A stretch of DNA of 64,000 nt, from positions 33,356,001-33,420,000 of the forward strand of contig OZ336883.1 of assembly GCA_965287045.1 (NCBI GenBank). The letters run 5' to 3'. The notes beneath the pieces are model-generated. The model ran no database searches. It was not told where the DNA came from and saw nothing but the letters and a program-made list of their open reading frames with translations. The position numbers and the translations under genes were made by a program. The DNA comes from Carcharhinus amblyrhynchos (Eukaryota). The first letter of the stretch is position 1, and every line of letters starts with the position of its first letter. Below are positions 61,031 to 64,000 of the stretch, in pieces.

Positions 61031-61789
61031 ACACAATTACAGATCAGTTTTAGTTATGAAATGTGTTTGCTTTTGCTGACCATTTTGAAACTGCTTCTCA
61101 GGAATAAACTTATTCCACAGATAGAAAGTTATTAGGGCTGAACATGCTGTTCTTGTGATTTAAATAATTTAACACATGTTCTGTAAAGATAAACCAACCG
61201 TTATCATGGAGAGATCAGATATTCTTCCTCTGTTGAACAGGAAACATTAGGCTTAGTATTTATTTATTGATAATGTTTTTGTTGGTTAGCCTGTACCAAT
61301 TGGATGTGAAACTTTTTTTCAAATGAAATATAGCCAATTTTCAGTGATGGTAATATCAGCACCATCTCATTCACATGTGGGGAAAATTTAATTTGTTTAT
61401 TTGATGAGAATAATTCCAGCAAAACAGGGATCATTGTAAGGCCTTTGTGCCACTTACACATTCCTTCATCAAAATAATTCTCAACGCCAAGCAGCATGAA
61501 GTTACCAGCATGTACATAACCATTACTGACATTCTTAAACTTGCCAGTGTAAGGAATAATCCTGCATTCCCAGCAAGGAAGCCATCCTGAATTAGGGAAT
61601 GGGTGACAGCATCGCAGCCACAATTCTCTGCCTGACCTTTCTATTGTCATGGCCACTCCCTAGCCTGTGGGAACACAAATTATCTTTACATTCCCCCTAA
61701 TGTGCCCAGTAACAAATTATGCAACGGTTTCACAAAATATGTGGGCCAGGATTATTCCAAAATAAACTAAGTGCGCAACAGACGAGGAA

Positions 61790-64000
61790 ATGGCCAACAA
61801 GGGAAATCAAGGATAGTGTTAAAGTCAAAGAGGAGGCATAGAAAATGGCCAGAAAAAGCAGCAAGCCTGAGGATTGGGAGAAATTAAAAATCCAGCAAGG
61901 GAGGACAAAGGATTTAATTCAGAAGGGGAAAATAGAGTATAAGAGTAGGCTTGCAGAAAACATAAAAACTGACTGCAAAAGCTTCTATTAGATACATAAA
62001 GAGAAAAAGATTGGTGAAGACAAATGTAGGTCCCTTATAGTTAGAATCAGGTGAATTTGTAATGGGCAACAATGAGCCCAGCTGAACAAATACTTTTGGA
62101 TCTGTTGTCACCAAGGAAGACACAAAAAACCTCCCAGAAATACTAAGGGCAAAGTGTCTAGCATAAAGGAGGAACTAGTAGAAACCTTTAGTCAAGAAAT
62201 TGTACCTGGGGAAATTACTGGGATTAAAATCTGTTAAGTTCCCAGGGCCTGATGTTCTGCATCCCAGTGTACTCAAGGAAGTGGCCCTAGAAATAATGGA
62301 TGTATTGGTGATCATTTTCCAAAATTCTATAGACTCTGGGAAACTCATTAAAACTCATGGTATTGGGGGTAATTTTTTCACACGGATGGTAGGTCTTATG
62401 AGGAAAGGTTGAGGGAGCTGGGGCTTTTTTCTCTTTAGAGCAGAGGAGGATGAGAGGCGATTTGATAGAGGTTTATAAGATGATGATGGGGATAGATAAG
62501 AATGGACATGCAGAGACTATATCCTCAGGTGGATGTTACTAGGGGGCAAAACTATAAGGTTCATGGTGGGAGATATAGGAAAGATGTCCAAGGTAGATTC
62601 TTTACTCTGAGTGGTTGGAGTGTGGAATACAGTCCCTGCTGTGATAGTGGAGTCGGACACTTTAGGAACTTTCAAGTGATTATTGGATAGGCACATGGAG
62701 CACGCCAGAATGATAGGGAGTGGTATAGCCTGATCTTGAGTTTGGACATAGTTTGGCACAACATTGAGGACCAAAGGGCCTGTACTGTGCTGTACTGTTC
62801 TATGTTTGGATGAGTTCCAGTGGATTGGAGGGGAGCTAATGTGACACCACCCCCCCCCCAACCTTTTTAAAAAAGGAGTGGGAGAGAAAACCAGGAATTA
62901 TAGACTGGTTAGCCTGACATTGGTGGTGGGGAAAATGCTGGAGTCAATTATTAATTGCAATAACCGAGCATTTGGAAAGTGGTGGCAGAAACAGTCCAAG
63001 TCAGCATGGATTCACTAAAGGGAAATCATGCTTGACAAACCTGGAATCTTTGAGGATGTGACCAGTAGAGTGGACAAGGGTGAACCTGTGGACATTGTAT
63101 ATCTGGGCCTTAAAGGCTTTTGACAAGGTCCCATACAAGAGATTAGTGAGCAAAATTAAAACTCATGGCACTGGGGGTAATGTATTGACACAGATGTTTG
63201 GCAGACAGGAAGCAGAGAGTGGGAATAAATGAGTCCTTTCAGAGTGGCAGGCAGTGACTAGTGGGGTACCACAGAGTTCAGTGCTGAGACTCCATTAATG
63301 ATGTGGATGAATGATTTGAGTGCAGTATCTCCAAATTTGCAGACAATGCTAAGCTGCTGGTGGTATGTGCTGTGAGGAGGATGCTAAGAGGTTGCAGGAT
63401 GACTTGGACAGGCTTGCTAAGTGGGCAAATATTTGGTAAATGCAATATAATGTGGATTAAATGTGAGGTTATGCAGTTTGGTGGCAAAAACAGGAAGGAA
63501 AATTATTATTTGAATGAAGGCCATTAGAGGAAAGTGCAACATGATCTGGGTGTCATGGTGGAACAGTTGCTGAAGGTTGGTATGCAGATACAGCAGGCTG
63601 AGGAAAGCTAATGGCATGCTAGCCTTCAAAGCAAGAGGATTTAAGTATAGGAGTAAAGATGTCTTGCTGCAGTTATACAGGGCCCTGATGAGGACACATC
63701 TTGAGTATTGTGTGTAGTTTTGGTCTTCTAGTCTAAAGAAGGACATTCTTCTTATTAAGTGAGTCCAGCGAAGGTTCACCAAACTGAGTCCTGGAATGGC
63801 AGGACTGATATATGAAGAGCAACTGAATCAACTGGGCTTGTACTCACTGGAATTTAGAAGATTGAGAGAAGAACTAATAGAAACATGTATAAAATCCTGA
63901 TGGGACTAGACAGGTTGGATGCAGGAAAAATGCCCCCATACTAGGGAAGTCCAGAATTAGCAGTCTTGGCCTAAGAATAAAGTGTAAGCTATTCAGGACT
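61790..64000 (+). mobile_element. CR1 (HER1-like) LINE ORF2, decayed, running off the window; interrupted at 62341-62806
   Basis: KFPGPDVLHPSVLKEVALEI, NYRLVSLT, SQHGFTKGKSCLTNL, KAFDKVP, SKFADNAKL and LYRALMRTHLEYCV motifs with stops and frameshifts. Confidence 0.93.
62388..62806 (+). mobile_element. CR1 3' end of a different family nested in the CR1 above
   Basis: Ends gggcctgtactgtgctgtactgttctatgtt; same family as 11273-11581. Confidence 0.9.

Noticed and set aside
61264-61656. 130-aa minus-strand ORF
   Set aside because: No recognisable motif or splice support; its length is compatible with chance

Overview
Eukaryotic, repeat-rich, mostly non-coding DNA, very likely from a shark or other elasmobranch, judging by the many HE1-like tRNA-derived V-SINEs, Deu-domain (SacSINE1-like) SINEs and CR1/HER1-like LINE debris. 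No intact long protein-coding gene, rRNA, tRNA gene or CRISPR array is visible. Nearly every ORF in the supplied track falls in a SINE, a decayed LINE or a tandem repeat. A large share of the window is mobile-element debris: V-SINEs with two different 3' tails, CR1, L2, Rex/Babar, Penelope-like fragments, Harbinger-like MITEs and solo-LTR candidates. Two candidate + strand exons (45652-45722 and 48740-48895, the second with a possible start codon) suggest the 5' end of an unidentified gene. The most notable items are: (1) minimal hammerhead ribozymes in Penelope-like fragments, one with an intact core (3057-3093) and a head-to-head pair with a U3:A8 core (27274-27419); (2) a 1.27-kb, 39-bp minisatellite derived from a Rex-type LINE coding segment next to a Penelope insertion (50431-51700); (3) a V-SINE subfamily whose 3' stem-loop matches the Rex LINE tail rather than the CR1 tail. 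Family names come from remembered consensus sequences, not database searches, and most repeat boundaries are approximate.
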